NCBI GenBank assembly: GCA_949358305.1
Contig: OX442314.1
Location: 1,798,001-1,862,000, forward strand
DNA length: 64,000 nucleotides
Reading direction: 5' to 3'
From: Strigamia acuminata
Taxonomy: Eukaryota
The number at the start of each line of letters is the position of its first letter. Within the stretch, counting starts at the first letter, position 1. The notes beneath the pieces were generated by a model. It was not told where the DNA came from and did no database searches. It saw only the letters and a program-made list of their open reading frames with translations. The position numbers and the translations under genes are program-made. Below are positions 48,708 through 62,800 of the stretch, in pieces.

Positions 48708-50600
48708 TCAGTATTCCGACGAGAAATCGGGCACAAATTTAATAAGCATCGCTCGTTTCGCACCCAAGTTCAACGACGACAGTCCGACACGTCCTTTGGC
48801 AGGAAAACACTCACTTCCGCTGTCCAATAAGACGCTGCCGAAGTTAGGAAATGCGTACACGTCGGCCGGTGTCGCGCGCGCTCCGACATAATCGATCGGT
48901 TTCATTTTCGGCTGTGCGGTCAAATCGACGCCGGTCGCATTCGCCCCGAAATTGACCAAAACCAACAAACCCGGCGAACCTCTCTTGACGCGAGCGAACC
49001 CGAAAACGTCGTCGACGACCCGCAAAAACGCCACGGAGCCGAACTTGGCCGCAGTTTCGTCGCGAAACGTCAACAATTTCTTGTACGTGCGAACGTGCGA
49101 CCGACAACTCGATCCGAGCTGAGTCTGCAAACAAAAATACACAAAAAATAGTTGTTTCGGTCATTATTTTGTAAGAATACCTCGACGTCGATTCCCGCTT
49201 TGTAATTCGCACTCAACCGAAACCAGGCTTTCACGTTCGCGCCGGTGAAGCCCGCGTTCGGTTCCTCGGCGGTCCACTGCATGGGCGAAATACTCTCGTC
49301 GAAATCTCGCATTCCGATCTCCTCCCCGTAATACGTGATGGGCGTGCCGGTGAACATCGTGGTAATCATGTTCAGTCCGTCGACGAGGCGGGCGTCGACC
49401 TTGTCGGTGACGCGAGGCCGATCGTCACTTCCGAGCGCCCAGTTGGGCCACCCGCCATCCGGCACGGCGTCCAGAAATCTGCGGACGAGTCCCAGAACGT
49501 CCGTCGCATTTGTATTTTCGTCCAAATTGTCGACCAATCGGAAATTGAGAGGGAAATCAATCCCGCTGCCGTACAACATTCGCATCGTGTCCTCCGAGTC
49601 GCTCGTCGCATCCACCGTTAAAAATCTATTAATAAATAAAAATAAATAAAATAAAATAAAATAAATCAATAATACGTACACGTGTCCCGTGTCGTTGTTG
49701 TTCGAGGAATAATCGTCCAAGTGCGACCTCCACTCGGCCAAGAGATGTGTGTGATTTACACGACCGTAGTCGTTTGCGGCATTCACTCGGAATCCTCGAA
49801 CGCCCAGGTCCAGCCAATAGGTGAGCACGTCCCGCAACTCCCGCCGCACTCGTTCCGAGCGCAAATTCAAATCCGGTTGGTCCGGATGGAATCGGTGCAA
49901 GTAGTATTGTCCGCGCAGCTGGTCGAAACTCCAGGCCGAACCGTCCTGCAAAGAAAAATGTAAAAAATAAATTACATAAATTTAATTCAATTTCGTACAC
50001 TTTCGTTCGGCGGTCGTCGGTTGCCGACTCCGTCTCGCGCGCCCTCGTGCCAGATGTAGTAGTTGGTGTAAGGATCGACGTGGCGACGGCTCCGTTCGAA
50101 CCAGACCGACGTGTTGCTCGTGTGGTTGGGCACGAAATCCAAAATCAATTCGATGCCTTTCGAGTTCAATTCTCCCACTAAATCTAGAAAATCCCACACA
50201 CTCGATCGCCGTGTGGTTCTCGACGTCGTAGCCGGATCGTCTCATCGGCGATTTGTAAATCGGACTCCACCAAAGCGCGCGAACTCCCAAATCCGCCAAA
50301 TATCCGGCGCGAGATTCGATCCCTGCGAAATTTATGAAATTTAGTTTAATATTTATTCATTTTCGTTTGTTCTCGAACCTTTGAAGTCGCCGAAGCCGTC
50401 GCCGTTGGAATCTTGGAAGGAGAGCGGGAATATTTGATACGCGGGGCTCGTCTGCCACCAATCGATGACGGGCGGCGGACGACATGGCGGCGCGCGCACG
50501 ATGATGACGACGGCGCTGGTGAGCATGAGGAGCCAACAGAGCCAGAACGCTCCAATCCTATTTTGGACCTCCACTGGCGTCTATCATTCGTTCATTTGTC
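48708..50600 (-). pseudogene. SLC3A1/SLC3A2-like (GH13 alpha-glucosidase fold) heavy-chain gene, probably disrupted
   Basis: TM segment [22 protein letters not shown], then [41 protein letters not shown] and GTPITYYGEEIGM. Frameshift near 50200; the N-terminus is unclear. Confidence 0.8.
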
Positions 50601-50619
50601 GATGATAATTTTCTGTCTC

Positions 50620-51035
50620 GCGTGACTCCAGCAAACTCTAGTGTCGATTCCTCCGACCTCTTTTCTGCCGACATTTCCACTCTAACTGACTGGTATACGT
50701 CTCATCCCGCGCATTTTATTACCGACCAATACCACCCTGAGGCCTTCGTTCGAACCACTCGCAGACACATGTTCGAACCTACCTCACATACCACTACATA
50801 CTTGTCGAAATCATTCCCTTTTCGGTGTTTCTCTTCTTGGAACAATCTCCCCCTCGAGCTTCGTTCTTCCGCCCTTATTCTTCCGCTATGTGTGTGTCCC
50901 ATTGCCGCGTCACTTCCATCGGCGCTTACATCGTCATTTATTATCTGTTCAATAATATTTGTACCTCACTTGTATCTCATTTCTTTTTACTCCTTTGGAG
51001 TGCGATTAAATAAATAAATAAATAAATAAATAAAT
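50620..51035 (+). mobile_element. 5'-truncated non-LTR retrotransposon 3' end
   Basis: SKSFPFRCFSSWNNLPLELR resembles a LINE ORF2 C-terminus and is followed by a (TAAA)n tail. Confidence 0.6.
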
Positions 51036-51195
51036 TATATAACCACCGGAAATGACGTAATATGCAAATTTTAAAACACAAAGTTTCTAATCAGTTTTTA
51101 TTTTATTTAACATATGTTTCCAGTGTTTTATTTTAATATTGCAAACATTTTTATTTTTATGCCGGAGCTCGAAGTTTGCACACTTTTGCCCTTAG

Positions 51196-51421
51196 CTATC
51201 CGCATTTGCATAGAGGGCCGTTACAATAACCGCCCTCTTTGCCTCTGCTTTTGCAACGATCTCTGCAAGCAGCGTCATCTTTACAGCCTGCATTAGCCGT
51301 CATTGCTAATCAGATAAAAACATGTCAATGCCCACTAATAAATTCATTATTTTTGTGACAAATATAACTCACCCAAGCACGACAGAATTACGAGGAAGAA
51401 GATGATGGCTAGATATTTCAT
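51196..51421 (-). CDS. Secreted CS-alpha/beta defensin-like peptide 3, 52 aa
   Basis: Exons 51421-51373 and 51305-51196 with a 67-nt GTGAGT...TAG phase-1 intron. Translation: MKYLAIIFFLVILSCLAMTANA-GCKDDAACRDRCKSRGKEGGYCNGPLCKCG*, with CxxxC, GGYC and CxC motifs. Confidence 0.88.
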
Positions 51422-51514
51422 TTTCGACGAATGAAGCAAGTTGGAGAAAATAGTTGAGTGGCGGCTTGTGGAAGATCTTGTTTGCAGGATGTGACAGCCG
51501 TAGTTGCGATACGA

Positions 51515-51522
51515 TTTATATA
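51515..51522 (-). promoter_or_regulatory. TATA box of peptide gene 3
   Basis: TATATAAA in a position conserved with peptide gene 2. Confidence 0.6.
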
Positions 51523-51899
51523 GAAAGAAAGGTGATTTTATTAATTGTCACGTATGAATGGAGTTTAATTAATTCCATTCAATTCATTTCATGAGACACT
51601 AAATTTTTAATATTTTTATTAATTGAAATGAATTGATTGCTGACTAACAGAATAAATATTATATAGGAAAAAGAAAAATGCAATAAAACTATATTTGGCA
51701 CGAGGCAAGGTTATTTTTAAAATGCGAGTAAATTCTTTATAATAATTACGGAGTAATATAATTTATCAATTTATTTCTCTCTTCTCTTAAGCCCAGCACT
51801 ATTGACATTAAAGAAATTCTTCTAGCATCCAAACCGGGGCAATTTATTTTTCTCAAAATTTGGTTTTTATTACATAAAATTTTTTTTTTTTAAATTTAA

Positions 51900-52400
51900 A
51901 ATTAGATGTTTTAGGCTAAAAGTGAGTTTTTTGGTCTAAAAGTGAGTTTTTTTTTTTCCTAAAAGTTAGATTTTTGGCCAAAAATGAGTTTTTTGAGCTA
52001 AAAGTGAGTTTTTTGGCCTAAAAGTGAGTTTTTTAGCCTTAAATTTTATTATTTTTGCTTAAAATTTAGTTTTTTGGCCTAAAATTAAGTTATAAGGACT
52101 CAAAATTTCGTTTTTTGAGCTGAAAATGAGTTATTTGCCCAAAATGTTTAGGCGTTATTCACTGAAAATGAGTTTTTTGTCTTGAAAGGGAATTTTTGGC
52201 CTAAAATTGAGTTTTTTGGCCTAAAATTGAGTTTTTTGGCCTAAAATTGAGTATTTTGGCCTAAAATTGAGTTTTTTGGCCTAAAATTGAGTTTTTTGGC
52301 CTAAAATTGAGTTTTTTGGCTTAAAATTGTGTTTTTGGCCTAAAATTGAGTTTTTTGGCTTAAAATTGTGTTTTTGGTCTAAAATTGAGTTTTTTGGCCC
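51900..52400. repeat. 20-bp minisatellite
   Basis: (ttttttggcctaaaattgag)n. Confidence 0.9.
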
Positions 52401-52483
52401 ACGATTTGGCGCCCTCATCAGTTTTGTGATCCAAGCAATCGCTTGCTCAACCTGTACCCTAGCGGCGACCCCGAGTTTTAAAA

Positions 52484-53197
52484 TCTATCTAATATAAATA
52501 AAAATGTAGTGTTTGTTTGTTAATGACCTAAGATCTCGGAAAGTTTTTTACGGATTGTTGTAAAATTTTCACACACCGTAGATTTCGAATAGGGGAGTGT
52601 TTTTATATACCCGCGATACCTGTGACAGGCAAAAATGTGCTTTTTTCAAACCAATATGGCGCCGTCGGTTCTAGCACCATCTGTTGCACGCTTCGCGCCC
52701 TATTCAACAACGGATGACTCGAAAACCTGGTGTAGCAATTCAGCGAATGTGCGATCGCCTTGGATTCGTAATTTGCACAGGATTTATTTTTACGTGATTT
52801 CCACGAGATTTATTTATTTCCATGGGATTTATTTATTTCCATGGGATTTCCACGGGATTTCCACGGGATTTCCACGGGATTTCCACGGGATTTCCACGGG
52901 ATTTATTTGGTGCGGTGCGTTGCCAGCGACTAAGGCTGCCAGCGTGGATATTAATGTTTCTGAGGGATTTATTTCCAAGGGATTTATTTCCAAGGGATTT
53001 ATTTCCAAGGGATTTATTTATTTCCAAGGGATTTATTTCCAAGGGATTTATTTATTTCCACGGGATTTCCATGGAATTTCCACGGGATTTATTTCCAAGG
53101 AATTTATTTATTTCTACGGGATTTCCACAGGATTTCCATGGGATTTATTTTCATTGGATTTATTTATGACTTATGAGCCATTTGGCTAGACCGCTAG
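52484..53197 (+). mobile_element. Possible non-autonomous Helitron with internal minisatellite
   Basis: Begins A|TCTATCTAATATAAATAAAAATGTAGTGTTTGTTTG and ends with a short hairpin agccatttggct then CTAG, followed by A rather than the canonical T. Internal gggatttccac repeats. Confidence 0.45.
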
Positions 53198-53837
53198 ACT
53201 CACATAAAAAGTTACAAAGGATTGTTGTATGTTCCTCACAGGGCTCCGTAGCACAATACACCAGAAGCACCTAAACCACTTTCTTAAAAAAATAATGATT
53301 TTACAAATAAAATAAATATATTCTTTATAAAAAAAATTCCCAAAACATCTTAAAATAGTACAGCTAATAGAAATGGAACAAAGTTTAGTTTCGTGGTGCA
53401 TTAGACATTCCCGGAACTGGTAACAATTTAACCCGTGGAGCCGTGCTGCGGTTAACAAATTAACCCGTTAAGGCGTGCTGTGGCTACCCGATCATGGAGG
53501 GTGGATAAGTGGATTTTGTAATCTTATCACAATCATCGTGATAAATGAATGTTTTCAATCGTGTAAATTGGAGCAGTAAGGTAATCTCGCGAGTGACTGG
53601 TTGAATGTATTAATTGTCGGTGTAGGCTAGGCACGCGTTTTTAACCTCGACGTAACCGTAAACGTAATCGTAATAACATCTGCATCTGCAGCGATGGATT
53701 TCTAATAATTGCGAGGTTAATCTTTTTAAAACACATTTTATTTATCCACCAACTCGTTCAAATGGTGACGGTTTGTTGTCAAACGATTTATTTTTACTTA
53801 ATTTTGCGTATTTCCCTTGTAGGATTCCGTTTGCGCC

Positions 53838-56800
53838 ATGTATTACGAGTGGAGCTCGCTGCAGTCGAGTTTGCAGACGGAGGACTCGACGCTGAGTGTT
53901 CTCAACAAGTTTTCTTGCGCGGCCGGAAAAGACGTGGCGACGGCCGTGGTCAAACATCTCGCGCAAAATTTGGGAATAAATACGACACATTGTGATAAAT
54001 CGAGTCTGCAGACTGATAAAGACGTGCAATGGTGCATGGAAGTGAGTTAAATGTCGTAGAAAGGTGGGAAATTGATTGTTTCGATGCCAAGTGCGAAAAA
54101 GCCGGGCAGACATTTTGGAAATAGAATTACAATTGAATAATGTAGACAAAATTAATTTTTTTACGTCTAAATTAATTTTTTGGAGTAAAAATTTAATTTT
54201 TCGAGTCTAAAATAGTAAAAATTTAATTTTTTGAGTCTAAAATTCAATTTTTTTATCAAAATTCAATTTTCCCATCAAAATTTCAATTTTTCCATCAAAA
54301 TTTCAATTTTCCCATAAAAATTTCAATTTTTCCATCAAAATTTCACTTTTCCCATCAAAATTTCAATTTTTCCATCAAAATTTCACTTTTCCCATCAAAA
54401 TTTCAATTTTCCCATCAAAATTTCACTTTTCCCATCAAAATTTCAATTTTTCCATCAAAAAAATCAATTTTTCTCATCAATTTTCTTGATTCGCAGGTGA
54501 TTTGTTTCGGCTTGGGTCTCACCCTCTCCGAACACGACACCATCAAGGACTGCGTCAACATCTACTGCGAGTGGTTGATGGCCCTACGAACTCCCAAGTC
54601 CTGCGTGCCGACACCCGTGTGTGACGAGCCCAATCTCTACGCCCGAAAAATGATCCAACATCTCTACAACCTCTTCAAACCTCGTCAGGACGCCGGTGTG
54701 CATCCAATCCCTTACTTTTTACCTTCAAAACCATTCTAAACGCTATTTCTCACTTGCAGCCGACAACATCAGCAAACAAGCGGTTCTGTGTCATCGAGTT
54801 TTGCGAATCCTGCAGTTAGTGGCTCAGGAATCGAGCGTCATCACGTGGGAAACTTGGGAAACTCTATTATTATTTCTTTTGGCTGTCAACAACACGCTGT
54901 TGTCGCCTCCTACACTCAAAGGTTGGCAAATTACGTGAGAATTACGTAAAATTGACGTCGTTTTGTATTGTTTTTTAGATGATATCGGTGATCACATGTG
55001 CGAGCGTGTTTTGAGCGTTCTTTTTGAAATCTGGCTGTTGGCGTGCGCTCGTTCGTTTCCGACTCCTCCGCTGTGGAAAACGTTTCGCGACGTGTGCGTT
55101 TTGTGGCGACATCGACCCGCGCTTGTGGACCAGTGGAATCGAGTCAATTTGGCGCTCACCTCGCGTCTTTTGAAATTCATTTACGGTCCTAATTTTCCAG
55201 CGTTGAAAATACGTAAATAATCCCATTTTAAAAAATATATTTTTTTAAATTAGTGAATTTTATGCATAAAAATTTGTTTTTGGGTGCAAAGATTGAGTTT
55301 TTGCGTGCAAAGTTCCAGTTTTTGCGTGCAAAGATTCAGTTTTTGAGTAAATTAGTGCATTTTTGTGCATAAAAATTTATTTTTGTGCATAAAAATTCAT
55401 TTTCTTTAATTTATGTGCTTTAAAATTCATTTTTGTGCATAAAAGTTCATTTTTTCTCATTTTTGTGCATAAAAGTTTATTTTTTCTCATTTTTGTGCAT
55501 AAAAGTTTATTTTTTCTTATTTTTGTGCAGAAAAATTTATTTTTTCTCATTTTTGTGCAGAAAAATTTATTTTTCTCATTTTTGTACATAAAAATCCATT
55601 TTTGCACATAAAAATCTATTTTTGTGTATAAAAATCCATTTTTGCGCATAAAAATCCATTTTTGCGCATAAAAATCCATTTTTGCGCATAAAAATCTATT
55701 TTTGCGCATAAAAATCTATTTTTGTGCATAAAAATCCATTTTTTGTACATAAAAATCCATTTTTGTGCATATAAATCCATTTTGTGCATAATAATCCATC
55801 TTTGCTCATAAAAATTCATTTTTGCTAATAAAAATTCATTTTTGCTCATAAAAATTCATTTTTGCTCATAAAAATTCATTTTTTCATCACCATTTTAAAA
55901 TTTTCATCTTTCTTTGTTATTATCTCAGCCGAAGAAGACGCGCATCTAGTTCCGGCCGAAATGAGCAACGACTGCGTGGCACAGACCTGGTTTCGATTTC
56001 TCCACACTTTACAAAACCCAGTGGATTTATACCGCTCGCTCACCATCAGTCAAACGCCCAAATTCCTACACTACGCAATCACGAGCAGTTACGTGACCGA
56101 TCCCTCGCAGCACCCGTGTCTCACCGTCTTACCGTTAGTCTTTCTGCGAGCAATGAAAGGCATCGCCATGTTGACCGACGCGTTTCTAGGGATCTGTCAG
56201 TCGTGCGACATCCCCAAATCGGCGGCCAATTCGAGCAAAATGTCCACTTCGCAAATGTCGGTCACTCCGCCGCAGCAGAGGCGCATCGCCAAAAGCTTCA
56301 GCGTTTCCTCGGCAACCGGAGCAACGAAAGGCAATTTAATTTGATTAGATTTAATTTAATTTAATTTAATTTGATTTTTTTGGATTTAGGGCACCAGAAG
56401 GGTTCTTTGAGCGGGAAGCAGAGTCAGTCGCAGACGGTGCCGCCGTCGACTTTGGCGGGCAATTATTCGTCGTCTGTGGGTTGCGTGGCCGAACCTCGGG
56501 TTCCGTTGACTCCGGCGCGACCCAAATGCAATAGTATTTTGCATTTGTTTGGATCGTGGCTCTTCGAAGCGGCTTTGATCGGTTCTAGTTTGGACAACGC
56601 CTCGCGTTAGTTTCGGTTATAAAATTGTAATGTCGGGTTTTTTTGGAAAAATGTCGATTTTTGTGGGAAAAAGGTCGATTTTTGTGGGGAAAATGTCGAT
56701 TTTTATGGGGAAAGTGTCGATTTTTGTGGAAAAATGTCGATTTTCGTGGGGAAAGTGTCGATTTTCGTGGGGAAAGTGTCGATTTTTGTGGAAAAATGTC

Positions 56801-59800
56801 GATTTTCGTGGAAAAATGTCGATTTTCGTGGAAAAAATGTCGATTTTTGTGGGGAAAGGGTCAGTTTTTGTGAGAAAATATCGATTTTTTGAGAAATATC
56901 AATTTACGTAAAAAAACTTTTTTTTAACAAAATATCGATTTTCTAGAAACAAATACGACTTCTCTGAAAAATGAACGATTTTTCAGGAAATCCCCCGAAA
57001 ATAAACGATTTTCGTAGATAAATTTTTTTTTATTAAATAATATCGATTTTCTAAATAAAAAAACGATTTCCCGGGAAATCTCGGAAAGAAGAACAATTTC
57101 TCGCGGGAAATCCCGGGAAAATGAGCAATTTCTCGGGAAATCCCAAGAAAATGAACGATTTCCCGAGAAATCCCGGAAAAATGAACAATTTCTCGGAAAA
57201 TCTCGAGAAAATGACCGATTTCTCATGAAATCCCGTTAAAATGAACAATTTCTCGGGAAATCTCGAAAAAATGAACGATTTCCTGGAAAAACGTTTGATT
57301 TTCATTGAAAAAACAATTAATTATAAGAACCACCATTTTTTTTCTGTATTTTATACAGAAAGTTAAAGATAAATAACAAAATCCGTAGAAACCTAGAATC
57401 AAACCCGTTTTATTCCGTTTTCCCACCACAGAATTTGACAAAAACTCCAAACAATCCGATTCCCGTCGAGGCTCAGGCAGCAATTCGTCCGAGCTCCGTT
57501 TAGACTTCTCTCAGCCAACAAACCCCGACGATTACGAGGCGGGCCGAGCGGAAGCGATCGGTGCCCTCTGCCGCATCTTTTGCGCCAAAAAGACGGGCGA
57601 AGAGATTCTCCCCGTCTACCTCGCCCGTTTTTACCTAGCTCTCGAACACGGACTGCGAGTCGATCAAGTAATCACTCAAAATCAAACATTTATCGCATTT
57701 AATGTCTCGATACGACGCAGATCGCGACGGGACAAGTTTTGTGCAGCATTCTCTTCAATTCCGGCGATTTATTGCGATTGGATCTCGATGGCGTTCAAAT
57801 CCTCGTTCCACAGTTCCTCACCGCCTTGGAGATGGTTTTGCCAGAGCGGGAACTCGACTTAAAGTACGTTATTCGATTATTTTGGTTAAAATGGAGAATT
57901 ATATATGTTTTTTTTTAGAATTTTTAGTTGCATTTCTCAGGCGGAATTGCGTCGCGCCGCCATTAATTTGCTTCTTTCGCTCGTTCCGTTGCCGCTGCAT
58001 TTTCGCAGTTTGCCGATTAGAGGTTTTTTGGTTTGATTTGGCGTTTAGTTTGGTTTAGTTGTGTGATGTATGTTTGTGTTTTTTGATAGATGTTACGGGG
58101 AAGTCGAGCGGGGTTACATTCCAAAGTTTGCGATCTCGTATAGTGAATTTGTTGTTTAATGCTCTACAGTGCGAAGTGGATTCGACAAACACGCAAATGT
58201 TATTAGGTGAGAATTGAACATCTTTTTGACAGTAGGTCCATTTTAAACTCAAAAGTACATTCTAGATGAGAATAATGCAAAAAATTGCATTCTAGATGAG
58301 AATAATGCAAAAAAAATGCATTCTAGATGAGAATAATGCAAAAAAAAACATTGTAGATGTAAATAATGCAAAAAAATGCATTTTAGATGAGAATAATGCA
58401 AAAAATTGCATTCTAGATGAGAATAATGCAATAAAATGCATTCTAGGTGAGAATAATGCAAAAAAAATGCATTCTAGATGAAAAAAAGCATTTTAGACAA
58501 CCAACGATATATTTTAGAAAATAAAAACTACATTTTAGACAACAAAAATTACATTTTTAGTCATAATAATGTACTTTAACGTTAAAAAAGCATTTTAGAT
58601 CAAAATAATGCATTTTTACGTTTCAGACAACAAAAAATATATTTTAGACAACAAAAAATATATCTTAGACAACAAAAAATATATTTTAGACAACAAAAAA
58701 TATATTTTAGACAACAAAAAATATATCTTAGACAACAAAAAATATATCATAGACAACAAAAAATATATCTTAAGACAACAAAAAATATATTTTAGACAAC
58801 AAATACATTTTTGACTACAAAAAAAACATTTTTGACTACAAAAAAAAACATTTTTGACTACAAAAAAAACATTTTTGACTACAAAAAATGCATTTTTGAC
58901 TACAAAAAATGCATTTTTGACTACAAAAAATGCATTTTTGACTACAAAAAATGCATTTTTGACTACAAAAAATGCATTTTTGACTACAAAAAATGCATTT
59001 TTGACTACAAAAAATGCATTTTTGACTACAAAAAATACATTTTTGACTACAAAAAATTCAATTTTGGTCAAAATATGCACTGTAGACTAAACTAATGCAT
59101 TTTTATATACCAAAAATGAATTATTACGTTTGATAAAAGCTTTCAGCCATCCAAAATTGTATTTTGCGTGCAATAATGAAACATTTTACACAAAAATTCA
59201 ATTTTACCTTTACAAAATATATATATTTTAGTAGCCAAAATGCATTTTCAAGCACACACGTGGTCTATTTGACCCAAAAAAATGTAACTGACAACTATTT
59301 TGTTCCTCAGCCGGTTTGTTGGTCTGCGTCCAAGATGCCGCCGCCATCGAAGAAGTGGAACAATGCGCTTTACAACAAGACGCCGGTTCCGACACGGTGG
59401 TCAGCCTACAATGCTCCGGTACGTACAGCCAATCAAGTAAACGACTCAATGAACAAAGTTTGTAGTCGAATTGGGTGAGATTTGTTCTAATTGACTTGTC
59501 GAATCTTTTGGAACGAAATGCATTTTAGCTGGCAGTCCGTGCGAATCTTTTAGTTCTTGGAGTGCGAGTGCGAGTGAGTTTTCAGGCGTAGCAGCCGACG
59601 AATTGAGTAGTTTGGAGACGGATTTCAGTCCGTCGTACGGTAAATATTTGCTCACGCAGACATTTCTTCTGTTTTACGGGACATCGCATGCAAAATGGAC
59701 GTTCTCCTCTTCCGACTAATAACCCTAACTCTACTTTAGCTAACCACGCTTCTGAAAGCCGACAGATTCGTGTTGGTTTTGGTTGATTTGGGTTTTTTGG

Positions 59801-62800
59801 TTTTTGGTTTTCTAGATTCTGCTCACGCGTTGTTCGTGCGGGCGACGTATTTGGTTTGTCATCGGTTGATTTCGTCGTGGAAGACCGATTTGGATGTGTC
59901 GTTGGCTGCGTTGGAGCTTCTGTCGGGGTTTTGTAAAATTAAAATCCACGAACAAGGTAAGTCGCGTTGAAATGCAATAGGTTTTGATGGAAATTCAATA
60001 AATAATTAAATTCAATAAAATTTGACCAAAATTGCACTAATTTCGACCAAAATTGCACTAATTTTGACCAAAATTGCTCTAATTTCGACCAAAATTGCTC
60101 TAATTTCGACCAAAATTGCTCTAATTTCGACCAAATCCAACTAATTTTGACTAAAATTGTACTAATTTCGACCAAATCCAATTAATTTTGACTAAAATTG
60201 TACTAATTTCGACCAAATCCAATTAATTTTGACTAAAATTGTACTAATTTCGACCAAATCCAATTAATTTTGACTAAAATTGTACTAATTTCGACCAAAT
60301 CCAATTAATTTTGGCTAAAATTGTACTAATTTCGACCAAATCCAATTAATTTTGACTAAAATTGTACTAATTTCGACCAAATCCAACTAATTTTGACTAA
60401 AATTGTACTAATTTCGACCAAATCCAATTAATTTTGACTAAAATTGTACTAATTTGGACCAAATCCAATTAATTTTGACTAAAATTGTACTAATTTCGAC
60501 CAAATCCAACTAATTTTGACTAAAATTGTACTAATTTCGACCAAATCCAATTAATTTTGACTAAAATTGTACTATTTTCGACCAAATCCAATTAATTTTG
60601 ACTAAAATTGTACTAATTTCGACCAAATCCAATTAATTTTGACTAAAATTGTACTATTTTCGACCAAATCCAACTAATTTTGACTAAAATTGTACTAATT
60701 TCGACCAAATCCCAACTAATTTTGACCAAAATTGCAATAATTTCGACCAAATCCAACTAATTTTGACCAAAATTGCACTAATTTCCATCAAATTTTAATT
60801 CAAACTGTTTAAGTATTAATTTCATCCTCGTCTAATTGTGTAAATAATTGTATTTTTTGTGCTGCTAGCCAAGAAACTTTCAGGTAGAATCGCGTATTGG
60901 CTAGTAGCGAAGGATAATGAGTTGAATGTTGTTGTTGCAGAAGCGATGGAGTGTAAACGAGCGGTGAAATGGATCTGCGATTACATCGTGTCGCAGTGCA
61001 ATCGTCCACCGCCGGCGCATTCCAAGGATCTACACTCGACTATCGTGGCCGCTTTCCAGTGCGTCAGTTCGTGGCTCGTCGAACATCCGTATTTGCTGCA
61101 GGATAAAGAGTGTTTGGCCACCGTGCTCGAAGTCATCGAGTTGGGCATTTCGGGATCGAAGTCTCAGGTTTAACATTAAATATTGATGAGTTTAGATCAA
61201 AGTTTGCGTGATTTATTGAAATTTGTTGAATTTTTGATCAGATTTATCAAAATAAGGCGATTTCTCGAGGATTTTGATCTAAATTATTCGATTTTTCAAC
61301 GATTTTGATCTAAATTATTCGTTTTTTTTAACTATTTTGATCAAAATTGTCTGATTTTTAACGATTTTGACCAAAATTATTCGACATTTAACCATTTTGA
61401 TCAAAATTATTCGTTTTTTTTTAACTATTTTGATCAAAATTGTTCGATTTTTAACGATTTTGACCAAAATTGTTCGATTTTTAACGATTTTGACCAAAAT
61501 TGTTCAATTTTTAACGATTTTGACCAAAATTATTTGATATTTAACTAGTTTGATCAAAATTATTCGATTTTACAAGGATTTTGATCAAAATTATTCGATG
61601 TTTTAACGATTTTGATCAATTTTCAACGATTTTAATCAATTTTCAACGATTTTGATCAATTTTCAACGATTTTGATCGAAATTATTCGATTTTACAACGA
61701 TTTTATTTGCAATTATTAGATTTTTTCAAGGATTTTGATCAAAATTATTTTTATCATCGATTTTTTTATCATCGAGAACGTGATTTTGTTCAAAATTATT
61801 TTTAATGATTTTGATTTAATTTCAGACAAAACACACAGATACGCCGTGTATGAAAGGAGACAAAGTGTGCAAACCAGCATCGTTGCGAGTGCGCGACGCG
61901 GCCGAGGCGGCTCTCAATTACGTTTTGGACCAGGCCGGTGCGTTCCCCACAGCTTGCGGCCCCGAAACATTATCATCTCTTTTGGACGAAGAAACTTTGC
62001 TGCCGCATTGCGATTCCAAACAAGAAGCGCTCTCCCGATTTTGCTACTGCGTCGTTGAGAATTCCTTCATTTTGGCGCTTCTAGAGCAACCGCTGGGCAA
62101 CGACCAAGGTCAAATTGACCAATCCAAATTGCGAAAAATTCCTCATTTTCGTCTGTTTTTAGATCCGCAACCGACGGTGACGGTTCTAAACCGCGGACCC
62201 TTTGGTCGACACGCCTGGGCGATGCAATTACGTCATTTGCCGCGGCACAAGTCCGGCACCAAGTGCTATGCGGTCAATCCCGGTCGTCCGTTGCCGATGA
62301 ACGACTTGGGCATTGTGCATAATATCCGGCAGAGACATTTCCCCGAGTCGGTCGATCGAATTAATTTTTGCAAAGCGTAAGTTTGTGTCAATCTTAGTGA
62401 AGAAATGCGCTTCGAGCTCCATTAATGGTCGATATATGAACGAAAAATCCAAATATAGTTGAAAAAATGCATTTTAGCTGAAAAAATATGCATTTTAAGG
62501 AGAAAAAACGAACAATTTTATGCGATCGAATTTAATTTTAGCTTTTATAATGCATTTATAATGCATTTTGAACCTTTATAGTGCATTTATAATCTATTTT
62601 GAACCTTTATAATGCATTTATAATGCATTTTGAACCTTTATAATGCATTTTGAACATTAATAATGCATTTATAATGCATTTTGAACATTAATAATGCATT
62701 TATAATGCATTTTGAACCTTTATATTGCATTTATAATTCGTTTTGAACCTTTTTAATGCATATTTTAGGATTAAAATTTGTTAGAGTGCTATTTTATTGT

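Noticed and set aside
55377..61497. Low-complexity ORFs in RALGAPB introns
   Set aside because: Artefacts of stop-free minisatellite units.
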